Assembly (NCBI GenBank): GCA_041287365.1
Contig: JBEULL010000030.1
Location: 11,782-75,781, forward strand
DNA length: 64,000 bases
Direction of reading: 5' to 3'
From: Dissulfuribacterales bacterium
Lineage (GTDB): Bacteria; Desulfobacterota; Dissulfuribacteria; Dissulfuribacterales; DYLC01
The notes beneath the pieces are model-generated. The model ran no database searches. It saw only the letters and a list, made by a program, of their open reading frames with translations, and had not been told where the DNA came from. Position numbers and translations under genes: made by a program. Below, piece by piece: positions 11,232 through 22,216 of the stretch; the first letter of the stretch is position 1; each line of letters opens with the position of its first letter.

Positions 11232-14200
11232 CCACAGTTTTTTGCAAAAAATTACTGGTTTTTTCGTTGACTCCAAGCTCACTCCCCTGGCCATAGGTGC
11301 CAGCTTATTGCTGGGACTCTTCGCCGTTTTCTTTACGCCGAGTGAAGAAGAACCACAGATCGTGGTGCCCATGATAGATGTCCTGGTTTCCATGCCAGGG
11401 GCCTCGCCCAAGGAGATGGAAAATCGTGTCATCGGCCCTATGGAAAAACTTATCTGGGAGATTCCTGGCGTGGAGTATGTCTATTCCACGGCTGAAAACG
11501 GCAAGGCCATAACCATTGTGCGTTTTTATGTGGGAGAGGACACCGAAAAGAGCGCTGTGCGGCTGTATGACAAACTCTATTCTCACTTCGACTGGATACC
11601 GCCCGGATGCTCAAAACCGCTTTTGAAGATGCATTCCATCGACGATGTGCCCATACTCGCCATGACCTTCTGGTCAGACAGGCATGACTCCATGACCCTG
11701 CGACAGATCATCACTCAGTTGAATGACGAGATACGTAGCATTCCAGGTATCAGCGATACCAAAGTCATAGGAGGACTGAAAAGAGAGGTCCGCATTCTTC
11801 CCAAAGAAGACGCCCTTTATTCCATGGGTCTGGACTTTCAGGCGGTCATGGCCGCCCTCTCCTCACAGAACCAGGCCTCATGGGTTACAGAACTTACTGA
11901 AAACAATCAAAATATCTCCATTCGGCTCAACAATTTCTTTCGCACTGTTCAGGATGTGGCAGACACCGTAGTATATGTGCACAACGGCAAACCCGTATTT
12001 CTTAAGGAAATCGCGGAACTTGTAGACGGTCCTGAGGAGCCTGTCTCCTATGTGATGATAGGCGGTGGAAAGGCCGCTGCGCAAAAGGGCGTCCAGGTGC
12101 CCCAATCCGGCCTGAAAAACGCCGTTACACTACAAGTAGCCAAGAAAAAGGGCGAAAACGCTACTGATCTGGCAAAAAAGGTTCTTGAAAAAACGGAAGC
12201 GCTGCGCGGGCATCTGCTGCCATACGATGTACACATGGTGGTCACGCGGGACTACGGCGAAACCGCCAAGATGAAGTCTGATGAGCTTCTGGAACACCTC
12301 GCCCTTGCCACCTTGTCCGTGGCCATTTTGATGGCCCTGCTCTTGGGTTTCAGGGCCAGTCTGGTGGTGTTGGTGGCCATTCCAGTCACTCTGGCCCTGA
12401 CCCTCTTCATCTACTATCTCTATGGCTATACCTTGAACAGGGTAACGCTCTTCGCCCTCATATTCTGCATCGGCATTCTGGTGGATGACCCCATAGTAGG
12501 CGTAGAAAACATCATGCGACACCTGCGGCTGCCGGAAAACAAGGGGTTACCCGTTCGTGACATCATCACAAAAGCAGTTGTGGAGGTGGGAAGCCCTCTG
12601 ATTCTGGCCACGTTTACGGTCATAGCCGCCATTCTGCCGCTGGCCTTCGTGCGTGGGCTCATGGGGCCATATATGCGCCCCATGCCTGTAGGTGCATCCG
12701 TGGCCATGTTTTTGTCCATGGTGATCTCCTTCGTGATCACACCCTGGGCTGCATACCACATACTGAAAGGCGTCCCTGAGCACGAAACCGAGCAGGAAGG
12801 CCTGCTCACTCGCATATACCGCTGGATCATGGGGCACCTCATTAAAAACCCCATGTGGCGATGGAGTTTTCTCGGCATCATGGCCTGCTGTTTTTTGTTG
12901 GCCTGTTCACTCATTTATACAAAGGTGGTCAAGGTCAAGATGCTGCCGTTTGACAACAAGAGCGAGTTTCAGGTGGTCATCGACATGCCCAACGGCACAT
13001 CTCTGGAAAAGACCGCGGCTGTAGCGGAGGAACTGGCCAGATACCTAATGGAACAGCCTGTCGTGACCGATTGCGTGATATATGCCGGCACCGCATCGCC
13101 GTTCAATTTCAACGGGTTAGTGCGCCATTATTACATGCGAAGCGGCCCCACTGTAGCGGACATTCAGGTAAACCTGCTGCCCAAAAGGCTGCGCGACGAG
13201 CAGAGCCACTCCCTCACCAAACGCCTGCGGCCTGAGCTGACGGCCATAGCTCAAAGGCATGGTGCGCGCATAAAGGTGACGGAGATACCGCCAGGGCCGC
13301 CAGTGCTTCAGACCCTGGTGGCCGAGATCTATGGGCCTGATTACGAAAAACAGATAGAGATCGCTCGACGTGTCAAGAAGATATTTCAGGAAACGGAAGG
13401 CGTTGTGGATGTGGACTGGTACATGACGGATTCGCAAAAGGAGTTGGTGCTTACCGTAGAACGGGACAAGGCCGTGACAATGGGCATAACACCTGAACAC
13501 CTGCTCGGGGTGGTACAAACCGGCCTGAACGGCAGCAGTGTGGGGCTTCTGCACGACACCGGCAGCAAAGAAGATGTGCCCATTGTGATAAAACTACCAT
13601 TGGCGGACAGAAATCTGGTTAGCAACCTGCAAAACATTCAGGTAGCTGGCGCCAGAGGCATGGTCAGACTTTCAGAACTGGTAAAAGTGGAAGAAAAAAC
13701 CCTTGAACACCCCATCTACCACAAAAACCTTCAGCCCGTGGTGTATGTAACAAGTGATGTCTCTGGCGAGGAAGAAAGCCCTGTTTACGCCATTTTGAAG
13801 CTGAACAAAAAGCTGGAGAACCTACCTGTAAACCACTCAGATAATGGCGAACGCCTGAACATCTTTTATACCACGCAACCCTTCTCCACAAAAGACTGGA
13901 GTATGAAGTGGGATGGAGAATGGCATATAACCTACGAAGTCTTCAGAGACATGGGTGGTGCCTTTGCCGTGGTGGTGGTGATCATCTTCATTTTGGTAGT
14001 GGGCTGGTTCAGGTCATATACCGTGCCGTTGGTCATTCTCTCGCCAATTCCCCTATCCTTGATCGGGATTATACCTGCCCATGCCTTGATGGGTGCGTTT
14101 TTCACTGCAACTTCTATGATAGGCTTCATCGCTGGCGCTGGAATAGTAGTCAGAAACTCCATCATTCTGGTGGACTTCATAGAGCTGCGTCTGAAAGAAG

Positions 14201-14439
14201 GACTTTCCATCGAGGAGGCAGTGATAGATGCCGGAGCCGTACGGTTCAGGCCCATGCTGCTTACGGCATCAGCGGTGGTGGTGGGTTCATTTGTGATACT
14301 CTTCGACCCCATATTCCAGGGACTGGCCATCGCCTTGATGTCTGGTGAGATAGCGGCGACTCTCTTTTCAAGACTGGTGGTTCCTGTGTTATATTATCTT
14401 GACTATCGCATGACCACTGAAAAACGGTTGATTCTATAA
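11224..14439 (+). CDS. RND efflux permease (AcrB/CzcA family)
   Basis: 1071 aa; [37 protein letters not shown]. Confidence 0.96.
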   Translation: MNNHSFLQKITGFFVDSKLTPLAIGASLLLGLFAVFFTPSEEEPQIVVPMIDVLVSMPGASPKEMENRVIGPMEKLIWEIPGVEYVYSTAENGKAITIVRFYVGEDTEKSAVRLYDKLYSHFDWIPPGCSKPLLKMHSIDDVPILAMTFWSDRHDSMTLRQIITQLNDEIRSIPGISDTKVIGGLKREVRILPKEDALYSMGLDFQAVMAALSSQNQASWVTELTENNQNISIRLNNFFRTVQDVADTVVYVHNGKPVFLKEIAELVDGPEEPVSYVMIGGGKAAAQKGVQVPQSGLKNAVTLQVAKKKGENATDLAKKVLEKTEALRGHLLPYDVHMVVTRDYGETAKMKSDELLEHLALATLSVAILMALLLGFRASLVVLVAIPVTLALTLFIYYLYGYTLNRVTLFALIFCIGILVDDPIVGVENIMRHLRLPENKGLPVRDIITKAVVEVGSPLILATFTVIAAILPLAFVRGLMGPYMRPMPVGASVAMFLSMVISFVITPWAAYHILKGVPEHETEQEGLLTRIYRWIMGHLIKNPMWRWSFLGIMACCFLLACSLIYTKVVKVKMLPFDNKSEFQVVIDMPNGTSLEKTAAVAEELARYLMEQPVVTDCVIYAGTASPFNFNGLVRHYYMRSGPTVADIQVNLLPKRLRDEQSHSLTKRLRPELTAIAQRHGARIKVTEIPPGPPVLQTLVAEIYGPDYEKQIEIARRVKKIFQETEGVVDVDWYMTDSQKELVLTVERDKAVTMGITPEHLLGVVQTGLNGSSVGLLHDTGSKEDVPIVIKLPLADRNLVSNLQNIQVAGARGMVRLSELVKVEEKTLEHPIYHKNLQPVVYVTSDVSGEEESPVYAILKLNKKLENLPVNHSDNGERLNIFYTTQPFSTKDWSMKWDGEWHITYEVFRDMGGAFAVVVVIIFILVVGWFRSYTVPLVILSPIPLSLIGIIPAHALMGAFFTATSMIGFIAGAGIVVRNSIILVDFIELRLKEGLSIEEAVIDAGAVRFRPMLLTASAVVVGSFVILFDPIFQGLAIALMSGEIAATLFSRLVVPVLYYLDYRMTTEKRLIL

Positions 14440-14459
14440 AAAACAAGGGATGACGACAC

Positions 14460-15443
14460 ATGGAACCTGACATGAGCCCCAAACAGAGAACAGCCCTGTT
14501 ACTGTTGGGCCTTCTGGCTACACTCACCATTCTTGCCCAGATATTCACCATTCTGACCACAGGCAAGTCATTCTGCCCCAGCGATGGGTGTGAGGTGGTC
14601 CACGACCTCACACGTGTCTCGCAGATATATATCAATCTGGCTGGAATCATCTATTTCCAACTGCTTTTCTGGCTGACGGTGGGCAGCAGACAGGGGCATA
14701 CGCACAGACATTATCTCTTCGATCCCTACAACCGTTCCAAAACGGCCTCTTGCTCCCTATTGCAATTCATGCTGCTCATGGGCATGGTAGCCGAGGGCAT
14801 TCTGTTGGGCTTTCAGATGTTCGTGGTCAAGACCGTCTGTCTGTATTGCTTCATCATTTTCGGCTTCATCGTACTCATGAATGCAGCTCTGGGAATCAGA
14901 CAACTCATACAGGCATGTATCATCCTGGGCGCCCAGCTTGCAGTCTTTGCGTCCCTGAACTTCAACACCTCCTCCACATTGAATCTGAATGAACTGTCGC
15001 TGGACAAGGGCACCTATGCAGTCAAGAACTGTGAAAAACCCAAACACCGCATGTATCTCGTATTTTCAGAGAATTGCCCTCACTGCCAGGCGGTTTTGAA
15101 GGAATTGTCAAACTGCTCTCTGTGTGAGTTTCATTTCAACCCTGTCACAAGGCTGACAAATGCCCAAGAGATGTTCAAAGACCTGACTGCCATTCCGGAC
15201 TACAATCCCGACGTCAACAAGGCCATGCTCAAAATGCTGGGCATCTATACTATACCAATTTTGATCTCCGAGACATCCAGCGGCCTGGAACTGGTAAAGG
15301 GGCAGGAAAACATTGTAAATTATGTGCGCGACCACTGCATTTTATCTGAGACGCCAAAGGGTATAGACTCCCTGTTATCCAATCCGCTTCTGCCTTCTGA
15401 CAGCCAAGAAGGGGCATGTCAAGTGGAAAAGGAATGCAAATGA
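14460..15443 (+). CDS. VKOR-like membrane domain fused to a thioredoxin-fold domain
   Basis: CPSDGC loop, CLYC in a TM segment, FSENCPHC in the C-terminal domain, cis-Pro-like TIP. Confidence 0.75.
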   Translation: MEPDMSPKQRTALLLLGLLATLTILAQIFTILTTGKSFCPSDGCEVVHDLTRVSQIYINLAGIIYFQLLFWLTVGSRQGHTHRHYLFDPYNRSKTASCSLLQFMLLMGMVAEGILLGFQMFVVKTVCLYCFIIFGFIVLMNAALGIRQLIQACIILGAQLAVFASLNFNTSSTLNLNELSLDKGTYAVKNCEKPKHRMYLVFSENCPHCQAVLKELSNCSLCEFHFNPVTRLTNAQEMFKDLTAIPDYNPDVNKAMLKMLGIYTIPILISETSSGLELVKGQENIVNYVRDHCILSETPKGIDSLLSNPLLPSDSQEGACQVEKECK

Positions 15444-16306
15444 AGGTCATTTGTTCCATACAAGAGATACGCGATGAGTGTATGCAGTATAAAAAGGCAG
15501 GGCTTACCATTGGTTTTGTGCCCACCATGGGATATTTTCATGCAGGCCATACAGCCTTGATGAAGCGGGCGAGGCAACTCACAGATCGCGTGGTGGTAAG
15601 CCTTTTCGTAAACCCAACGCAGTTCAGCCCCAACGAAGACCTCTCCCGCTACCCCCGCAACATAGAAAGGGATACAAAAATAGCCGAAGAAGCCAATGTG
15701 GATATACTTTTCACTCCTGATGCAAAAGAACTGTATCCAAAGGATTTCAGCACCTGGGTTCATGTGGAAGGCATTTCCGAGCATCTGTGCGGCAAAAGCA
15801 GACCAGGTCACTTTCGAGGAGTGGCCACCATCGTAGCCAAACTCTTCGGTATCGTGCAACCTGACAAGGCGGTGTTCGGACAGAAGGACTTTCAGCAACT
15901 CGCAATCATCAGGCGTATGGTGCGTGATTTGAACATGCCTGTGGAGATCGTCAGCCATGAAACAGTGAGAGAACCTGACGGCCTGGCCATGAGCTCCCGA
16001 AATATATATCTCTCTCAGGAAGAGCGCTCATTAGCGACCTGCCTTTATCATGCCCTGTGCATTACAGGAAATGCGTTAAAAAGGCAAGAGACAACCCTGT
16101 CATCCCTGCAAACAGCCATTGTCAGTGCTATATCGGTCAGCCCCCTTGTAAGGATCGACTATATATTCATAGGCGATCCGCACTCACTTCAACCATACGA
16201 TGAAGACGGATTTCAAAAGGCGAAAGAGGTGCTGGCAGCCCTGGCCGTTTGGGTGGGCAAGACCAGACTCATCGACAACCTGTGTTTCACCAAAGAGCCG
16301 CAATAA
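15434..16306 (+). CDS. panC: Pantoate--beta-alanine ligase
   Basis: GFVPTMGYFHAGH, FVNPTQF, RPGHFRGV, FGQKDFQQ, GLAMSSRN, TRLIDN. Confidence 0.98.
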   Translation: MQMKVICSIQEIRDECMQYKKAGLTIGFVPTMGYFHAGHTALMKRARQLTDRVVVSLFVNPTQFSPNEDLSRYPRNIERDTKIAEEANVDILFTPDAKELYPKDFSTWVHVEGISEHLCGKSRPGHFRGVATIVAKLFGIVQPDKAVFGQKDFQQLAIIRRMVRDLNMPVEIVSHETVREPDGLAMSSRNIYLSQEERSLATCLYHALCITGNALKRQETTLSSLQTAIVSAISVSPLVRIDYIFIGDPHSLQPYDEDGFQKAKEVLAALAVWVGKTRLIDNLCFTKEPQ

Positions 16307-16345
16307 CCTAACGAAATATTTACATCACATCAAAAAGAGGACATC

Positions 16346-16732
16346 ATGCTTCGTTCCATGCTCAAATCCAAGATACACAGGGCCACGGTTACACAGACCG
16401 CCCTGCACTATGAAGGCAGCCTATCCCTTGACAAGGACCTGATAGAAGCGGCCCAGCTACTTCCCTTCGAGCAGATCATGGTCTATAACATCTCAAACGG
16501 CGAACGCTTCGACACCTATGTGATAGAGGCGGAAAGGGGTTCCGGTACGGTATGCCTGAACGGCGCAGCTGCCAGAAAAGGTGAACCCGGAGACCTCATC
16601 ATCATTGCATCCTACGGCCTTTTCGACAAACAGGAGTGCCTCACGGGGGAAAGCCGCATAGTAGCTGTGGACAGCAATAACCGAATAACTGACGTCATGA
16701 CACACAACTGGTCGCATTGGAGTGCCAAATGA
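16346..16732 (+). CDS. panD: Aspartate 1-decarboxylase
   Basis: MLKSKIHRATVT, YEGS autocleavage site, NGERFDTY, LNGAAAR. Confidence 0.97.
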   Translation: MLRSMLKSKIHRATVTQTALHYEGSLSLDKDLIEAAQLLPFEQIMVYNISNGERFDTYVIEAERGSGTVCLNGAAARKGEPGDLIIIASYGLFDKQECLTGESRIVAVDSNNRITDVMTHNWSHWSAK

Positions 16733-18168
16733 ACAAGACCTATTCAAAAAGCGAGATAAAGCAGCTCAAAAAACGACTTCTTTCCGAAAGACAAAATATC
16801 TGGTCTCAACTCACGGATGACGAACGCAAAAAGGCCATGGATTATGCCGTTGACTACATCCATTTCCTGAGCGAGGTCAAGACAGAACGGGAAGCCGTGA
16901 AATTTATGGCAAAAACAGCTCAGGAGGCCGGTTTTGAGCCGATTACCAAGACTAAAGGGGCAAACAAACTCTTCTGGCAAATAAATGGAAAGGCGGCGGC
17001 CCTCGTTCACTTGGGCAAACAGGACATACTGGACGGCATTCACCTCATCGCATCCCACATCGACGCACCCAGACTGGACCTGAAACAGAATCCCCTTTAT
17101 GAGGAACTGGATATGGCCTATCTGAAAACCCACTACTATGGCGGGATAAAGAAATTCCAGTGGCTTGCCAGGCCGCTGGCCATACACGGCGTTGTCCTGA
17201 CGCAGACCGGCAAAACCATCGAGCTCGTGCTTGGAGAACATACCTCCGATCCCGTCTTCACCATCAACGACCTGCTTCCACACCTAGCCGGCAAGGTGCA
17301 GGCCGACAAGAAACTTTCCGAGGCCATACCAGGCGAAAAACTTAATGTACTTTTCGGCGGCCTGCCGATTTTGGGGCCGGAAGATATGAAAGAAACGGTA
17401 AAGCTGAACATCCTCAGAATGCTGCACGAGCAATACGGCATCACGGAAGAGGATTTCATCAGTGCGGAGATCGAGATTACGCCGGCAGGCCCTGCCAGGG
17501 ACGTGGGGCTGGATCGGGCATTTGTGGGCGGATATGGTCAGGATGACCGCATATGTGCATACACCTCCATGAAGGCCATTCTGAATACGCAAAGGCCTGC
17601 CCACACCTGCATCGCCCTTTTCATGGACAAGGAAGAGATCGGAAGCGACGGCAATACCGGCGCCAAATCCCGCATCCTCGAACTGCTGGTTCACGACCTT
17701 CTGAATTACATAGGCAAAAAGACAAACCCTGACACCCTGTTACAGATATTCCGCAATTCCAGGGCCATCAGCGCCGATGTAACCGCCGGCATCGATCCGG
17801 ATTATCAGGAGGTACACGAAAAGCGCAACGACGCCCTTATGGGATACGGCATCTGTCTCACGAAATACACCGGTTCACGCGGCAAATACGGCGCCAACGA
17901 CGCCCACGCCGAGTACGTAAACTGGATTCGACGCACATGGAACCAGGCTAAAATCATCTGGCAGACAGGCGAGTTAGGTCGTGTGGACGAAGGCGGAGGA
18001 GGAACCGTGGCCAAATACCTCGCCTATCACGGCATGAGCGTGGTGGATGCAGGACCGCCTCTTTTGAGCATGCACTCTCCCTTTGAAATAGCACACAAGG
18101 CAGATATTCTGATGACACACAAGGCATACGAAGCCTTTTATGCAAGCTCAATAAAAACGGCCTCATAA
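16729..18168 (+). CDS. M18-family aminopeptidase
   Basis: SHIDAPRLDLK, THYYGGIKK, YGQDDR, DKEEIGS, SMHSPFE. Confidence 0.93.
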   Translation: MNKTYSKSEIKQLKKRLLSERQNIWSQLTDDERKKAMDYAVDYIHFLSEVKTEREAVKFMAKTAQEAGFEPITKTKGANKLFWQINGKAAALVHLGKQDILDGIHLIASHIDAPRLDLKQNPLYEELDMAYLKTHYYGGIKKFQWLARPLAIHGVVLTQTGKTIELVLGEHTSDPVFTINDLLPHLAGKVQADKKLSEAIPGEKLNVLFGGLPILGPEDMKETVKLNILRMLHEQYGITEEDFISAEIEITPAGPARDVGLDRAFVGGYGQDDRICAYTSMKAILNTQRPAHTCIALFMDKEEIGSDGNTGAKSRILELLVHDLLNYIGKKTNPDTLLQIFRNSRAISADVTAGIDPDYQEVHEKRNDALMGYGICLTKYTGSRGKYGANDAHAEYVNWIRRTWNQAKIIWQTGELGRVDEGGGGTVAKYLAYHGMSVVDAGPPLLSMHSPFEIAHKADILMTHKAYEAFYASSIKTAS

Positions 18169-18342
18169 AAAATCATTATCGGTGAATGGCTATGACAAAA
18201 AGCGCCGAATGCAAGACGAGCAAATCAATGTTGAATGTTAAATGCTGAATGTTGAATTAAGGTAGATTTACCACAATTAAACACTAAAAATTCAACATTA
18301 AACATTTATAATTGCAGTCGGTGAATTTTTGTGGTTCCATCA
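18155..18342 (+). repeat. Intergenic TIR/heptamer element copy B
   Basis: Ends AAACGGCCTCATAAAAAATC ... GAATTTTTGTGGTTCCATCA (12/20 inverted); four AATGYTR heptamers at 18227-18254, inverse arm 18275-18306; TCAATAAAA repeated at 18148 and 18340. Confidence 0.9.
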
Positions 18343-18360
18343 ATAAAAGGGGTAACGAAC

Positions 18361-19308
18361 ATGCAGGTGATAGAACCGGACTGTCGTATCATCGAGGAAT
18401 ATTTTCAGGAAGGCCGTCTGCTGCAACAAATCGAGCGCTGCGGCCGCATCTGCTACAAGAGTGAGGACAAAATCACTTCCACCTCTGCAAACGCCTTCAT
18501 AAAGGGCATCGTGGAGCGAGGACACTTTTCCGTTATCGAAATGGGACAGATAGTCATCGATGTCTTTGCAGACAGCGAAGCGGTGCTCCAAAAGCTCTTC
18601 GAGACCATACCCCGTTTCATCACAGCAGACCGCCTTGAAAAGAAACACTTTCTGCTATCAGGCAACCCAAGGGCCTTTCGCGAACTGATTCTGAACCATG
18701 GTCCGCTCAAGATATCCAAGGCCGTTCTGAAACTCCTGTCAGCGGCTTACCCTGTGCTCTACGCAGACCTGTTTCCCAAACACGGCCTGGTGGAGCCGGA
18801 CGGCGTAGCCGTTCGCATGCTTTCTCCTCAAGAAATAGACGCCTTACCGGTATATCTCAAAAAACGGCATCGTACCGTTTTGGTACACCTAACCGTCAAC
18901 AGGGCTGTAACCCATGAATTGGTCAGACATCGTGTGGCCTCCTATCTGCAAGAATCTCAGCGCTATTGCCGCTACGACCAGGAGAGATTCGGGGGTGAAG
19001 TGGTCTTCATCAAACCATGTTTTTATGAAGAAGGCTCGCACGAATACCAATTATGGCAAAAAGCCATGAAAGAAACCGAAAAAATCTATATAGAACTGCT
19101 CAAGACCTCCTCTCCTCAGGCGGCCAGAACTGTGCTCCCCAATTCCTGCAAAACGGAGATCATGGTGCACGCCACCATGGAGGAGTGGGGGCATATCTTC
19201 AGGCTGCGCACATCCAAATGGGCCGACCCGTCCATGCAGGAGATCATGCTGAAACTTCAAAAACAGATGTCGAATAGATTCCCTGACATATTCAGCCATG
19301 AAATTTGA
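18361..19308 (+). CDS. thyX: FAD-dependent thymidylate synthase (long form)
   Basis: GRICYKSE, GHFSVIE, RAVTHELVRHR..S..QESQRY, ARTVLPN. Confidence 0.93.
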   Translation: MQVIEPDCRIIEEYFQEGRLLQQIERCGRICYKSEDKITSTSANAFIKGIVERGHFSVIEMGQIVIDVFADSEAVLQKLFETIPRFITADRLEKKHFLLSGNPRAFRELILNHGPLKISKAVLKLLSAAYPVLYADLFPKHGLVEPDGVAVRMLSPQEIDALPVYLKKRHRTVLVHLTVNRAVTHELVRHRVASYLQESQRYCRYDQERFGGEVVFIKPCFYEEGSHEYQLWQKAMKETEKIYIELLKTSSPQAARTVLPNSCKTEIMVHATMEEWGHIFRLRTSKWADPSMQEIMLKLQKQMSNRFPDIFSHEI

Positions 19309-20980
19309 AACAGATTTCCTCATTGTAGGAAGCGGCATATCCGGCCTGAGTCTGGCCATAAAGCTGAGCGAACTGGGCCGCGTCACGATTCTAACCAAAA
19401 AAAAGGTCAACGACACCGCCACAAACCTGGCCCAGGGTGGTGTGTGTTGCGTCACCGGAGAAGACGATGACTTCGGACTGCACGAATATGATACCATAAA
19501 GGCCGGAGACGGACTCTGTCACGAAGACATAGTCAGACTCATCGTAAGACAGGCCCCTGAACGCATGGCGGAACTGGAATCATATGGCTTGCAATTCGAT
19601 AGAGACAAAAAAGGGCGTATAAATCTGGGGAAAGAAGGCGGTCATGCCAGAAGACGTATTTGGCACGTGGGAGACTATACCGGCCGGGCCATACAGGAGG
19701 TCTTGACACGCCGCGCCAGAGAGTGCGGGAACATCACACTGCTGGAAGACCATACGGCAGTGGACCTCATCGTCATGAATGCCAATGGATGTTTTCAAGG
19801 ACACTGCGAGGCCATGCCGGACGAAACGGTCATAACCACACAACAGGAACTCAGGCCGGCTGAAAGTTCGCATGAAAAACGCAGGGTTGTGGGATTGTAT
19901 GCCCTGAACGGGGCCACTGGCGAAATCGATGCATTTCTGTCCCGCTGTACTGTATTGTCCACCGGCGGGTGCGGGAAGGTCTATCTCTACACCACCAATC
20001 CAGATGTAGCCACCGGAGATGGAATCGCCATGGCGTACAGGGCTGGCGCCAGAGTGGCCAATCTGGAATTTGTGCAGTTTCATCCCACTTGCCTCTACCA
20101 CCCCCAGCGCAAAAACTTCCTCATCTCCGAGGCATTGAGGGGAGAGGGAGCCAGGCTTATCAACTGTGAGGGTGAGGCATTCATGAAGAAATACGCCCCT
20201 CATGAGATGGAACTGGCCAACAGGGATGTTATTGCCAGAGCCATAGATGCCGAACTCAAAAAAAGCGGCCGCGACTACGTGTATCTGGACATCACTCATA
20301 AGAAGCCGGATTTTCTCAAAAAACGCTTTCCCCAAATATATGCCGTATGCCTGAAACTGGGTATCGATATAACAAGAGAGCCCATTCCGGTAGTACCTGC
20401 CGCTCATTATATGTGCGGCGGCGTGGTCACGGACTCATACGGCCAGACCGACATACCAGGCCTGTTCGCCATAGGAGAGACGGCATGCACTGGTTTCCAT
20501 GGCGCCAACCGCCTTGCATCCAACTCCCTTCTTGAAAATCTGGTCATGGCGCATCAAGCATTTGTGCGAATTCACTCCATTTGGCGCCACCTGAAATCCT
20601 TGTCTTTTACAGCCCCACCGGAATGGGAGACAGGCAAGGCCGTGGACATGCAGGAAGGGGTGCTGGTATCGCACAACTGGGACACCATCCGCAGGCTCAT
20701 GTGGGACTATGTGGGCATAGTGCGCAGCGCCAAACGACTGTCTCTGGCGACTCAACGCATCGAACCCATTCTGAAAGAGATTCATCAACACTACTGGGAT
20801 TACCTGCTGACCAGCGATTTCATAGAACTCCGTAATCTGGCCCAGGTAGCCAGTCTTGTAATTCGTGCAGCCAATGCAAGGCTTGAAAGCAGAGGAGGCC
20901 ATTACATGATGGATTACCCCCAAAAAGACGACTGGAACTGGCGCAGAGACACTCTGCTTTTGCGTAATCATACAACATAA
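19298..20980 (+). CDS. nadB: L-aspartate oxidase
   Basis: GSGISGL, AQGGV, EGGH, FVQFHPT, ISEALRGEG, HYMCGG, HGANRLASNSLLE. Confidence 0.96.
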   Translation: MKFETDFLIVGSGISGLSLAIKLSELGRVTILTKKKVNDTATNLAQGGVCCVTGEDDDFGLHEYDTIKAGDGLCHEDIVRLIVRQAPERMAELESYGLQFDRDKKGRINLGKEGGHARRRIWHVGDYTGRAIQEVLTRRARECGNITLLEDHTAVDLIVMNANGCFQGHCEAMPDETVITTQQELRPAESSHEKRRVVGLYALNGATGEIDAFLSRCTVLSTGGCGKVYLYTTNPDVATGDGIAMAYRAGARVANLEFVQFHPTCLYHPQRKNFLISEALRGEGARLINCEGEAFMKKYAPHEMELANRDVIARAIDAELKKSGRDYVYLDITHKKPDFLKKRFPQIYAVCLKLGIDITREPIPVVPAAHYMCGGVVTDSYGQTDIPGLFAIGETACTGFHGANRLASNSLLENLVMAHQAFVRIHSIWRHLKSLSFTAPPEWETGKAVDMQEGVLVSHNWDTIRRLMWDYVGIVRSAKRLSLATQRIEPILKEIHQHYWDYLLTSDFIELRNLAQVASLVIRAANARLESRGGHYMMDYPQKDDWNWRRDTLLLRNHTT

Positions 20981-21014
20981 AAACTATTCCAACCTGTCAT
21001 TGTAACTCATTGAA

Positions 21015-21746
21015 ATGAAAAATTTTCAACCTGGACACATCAGAAAAAAACATATGGTGCTGTATATTCTGCTGGGTATCCTGTTCGCTCTGTCCATTGC
21101 AGCATTTGTCTTGCTTCCCGAAGGTTCCCTGCGCATTGCATGGAATATGATGATGAACATCTATGAAGAACGTGCCAAAGTACGCACCCTCTTTGCGGAA
21201 TGGCCTATTCTCGCCCCGATTTTCTTTATAGCACTTCAAATTACACAAGTGGTCATCTCCTTTGTACCTGGTGAGGCCACCGGCATTTTAGGAGGTTTTC
21301 TCTTCGGACCATGGCTCGGCCTCATATACTCCATCATCGGGCTCACCATAGGCAGCATGGCTTCGTTTTTTGCAGGCAGGTATTTCAGGGCATTGATCAA
21401 ACACTACATCGAACAGACCAACATCTACAATCGCCTTGAAAACCTGGCAGAGCATCAGGGCATTTTCATCACATTCATCTTCTATCTGATTCCAGGCTTT
21501 CCCAAGGACATCCTGTGTTACATCATGGGATTCAGCCGCATACCGTGGCAGGCCTTCTTCATCATCAGCACCATAGGCCGCATACCTGGCACATGGCTTC
21601 TGACCATACAGGGCGCAGATCTCTATGACGGCAATATCCACCATGCCCTTGCCATCTTCACAGTTTCTCTGCTGTGCATGGTGCCGGTCTGGTTTTACAG
21701 AGAAAAGATATATACATGGATAGAGAAACATACCCTGAAAGACTGA
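21015..21746 (+). CDS. TVP38/TMEM64 (DedA/SNARE-associated) membrane protein
   Basis: QVVISFVPGE..GILGGFLFG, LIPGFPKD, GRIPG. Confidence 0.9.
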   Translation: MKNFQPGHIRKKHMVLYILLGILFALSIAAFVLLPEGSLRIAWNMMMNIYEERAKVRTLFAEWPILAPIFFIALQITQVVISFVPGEATGILGGFLFGPWLGLIYSIIGLTIGSMASFFAGRYFRALIKHYIEQTNIYNRLENLAEHQGIFITFIFYLIPGFPKDILCYIMGFSRIPWQAFFIISTIGRIPGTWLLTIQGADLYDGNIHHALAIFTVSLLCMVPVWFYREKIYTWIEKHTLKD

Positions 21747-22210
21747 CAACAACGGCCATAAAACGCCTGTCCATCGCCGTGGCATCCGGCCTGGGCGCAG
21801 GATATTCACCTTATGCACCGGGCACATGCGGGAGTGTGGTGGGGCTGTTCATCTTTTTGGTTACAAAGCGCTTCGCATATCAGCACAGCTTGACATTTCA
21901 AATAATTTGCGCCATCTTTCTTGTTGTAATCGGTATAATAACAGCAGATGTGACAAGCCAGATGCTTCGTGTCAAAGACCCGTCTCTTGTAGTTATCGAC
22001 GAGATTGCGGGAATGTTCATCACACTTGTGGGACATGAACCGACCATTTTACATCTGTTGGCAGGGTTTGTTCTCTTTCGCATACTGGATATACTCAAGC
22101 CTTTTCCGATAAGGCAACTGGAGCGCTTGAAAGGAGGCCTGGGGATCATGGCGGATGATATCATGGCCGGCATTCTCGCCAATATCTGTCTGTATCTCAT
22201 TCCCCGGTAA
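21716..22210 (+). CDS. pgpA: Phosphatidylglycerophosphatase A
   Basis: GAGYSPYAPGTCGS, DPSLVVIDEIAG, FRILDILKPFPI, GGLGIMADD. Confidence 0.95.
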   Translation: MDRETYPERLTTTAIKRLSIAVASGLGAGYSPYAPGTCGSVVGLFIFLVTKRFAYQHSLTFQIICAIFLVVIGIITADVTSQMLRVKDPSLVVIDEIAGMFITLVGHEPTILHLLAGFVLFRILDILKPFPIRQLERLKGGLGIMADDIMAGILANICLYLIPR

Positions 22211-22216
22211 GACACC

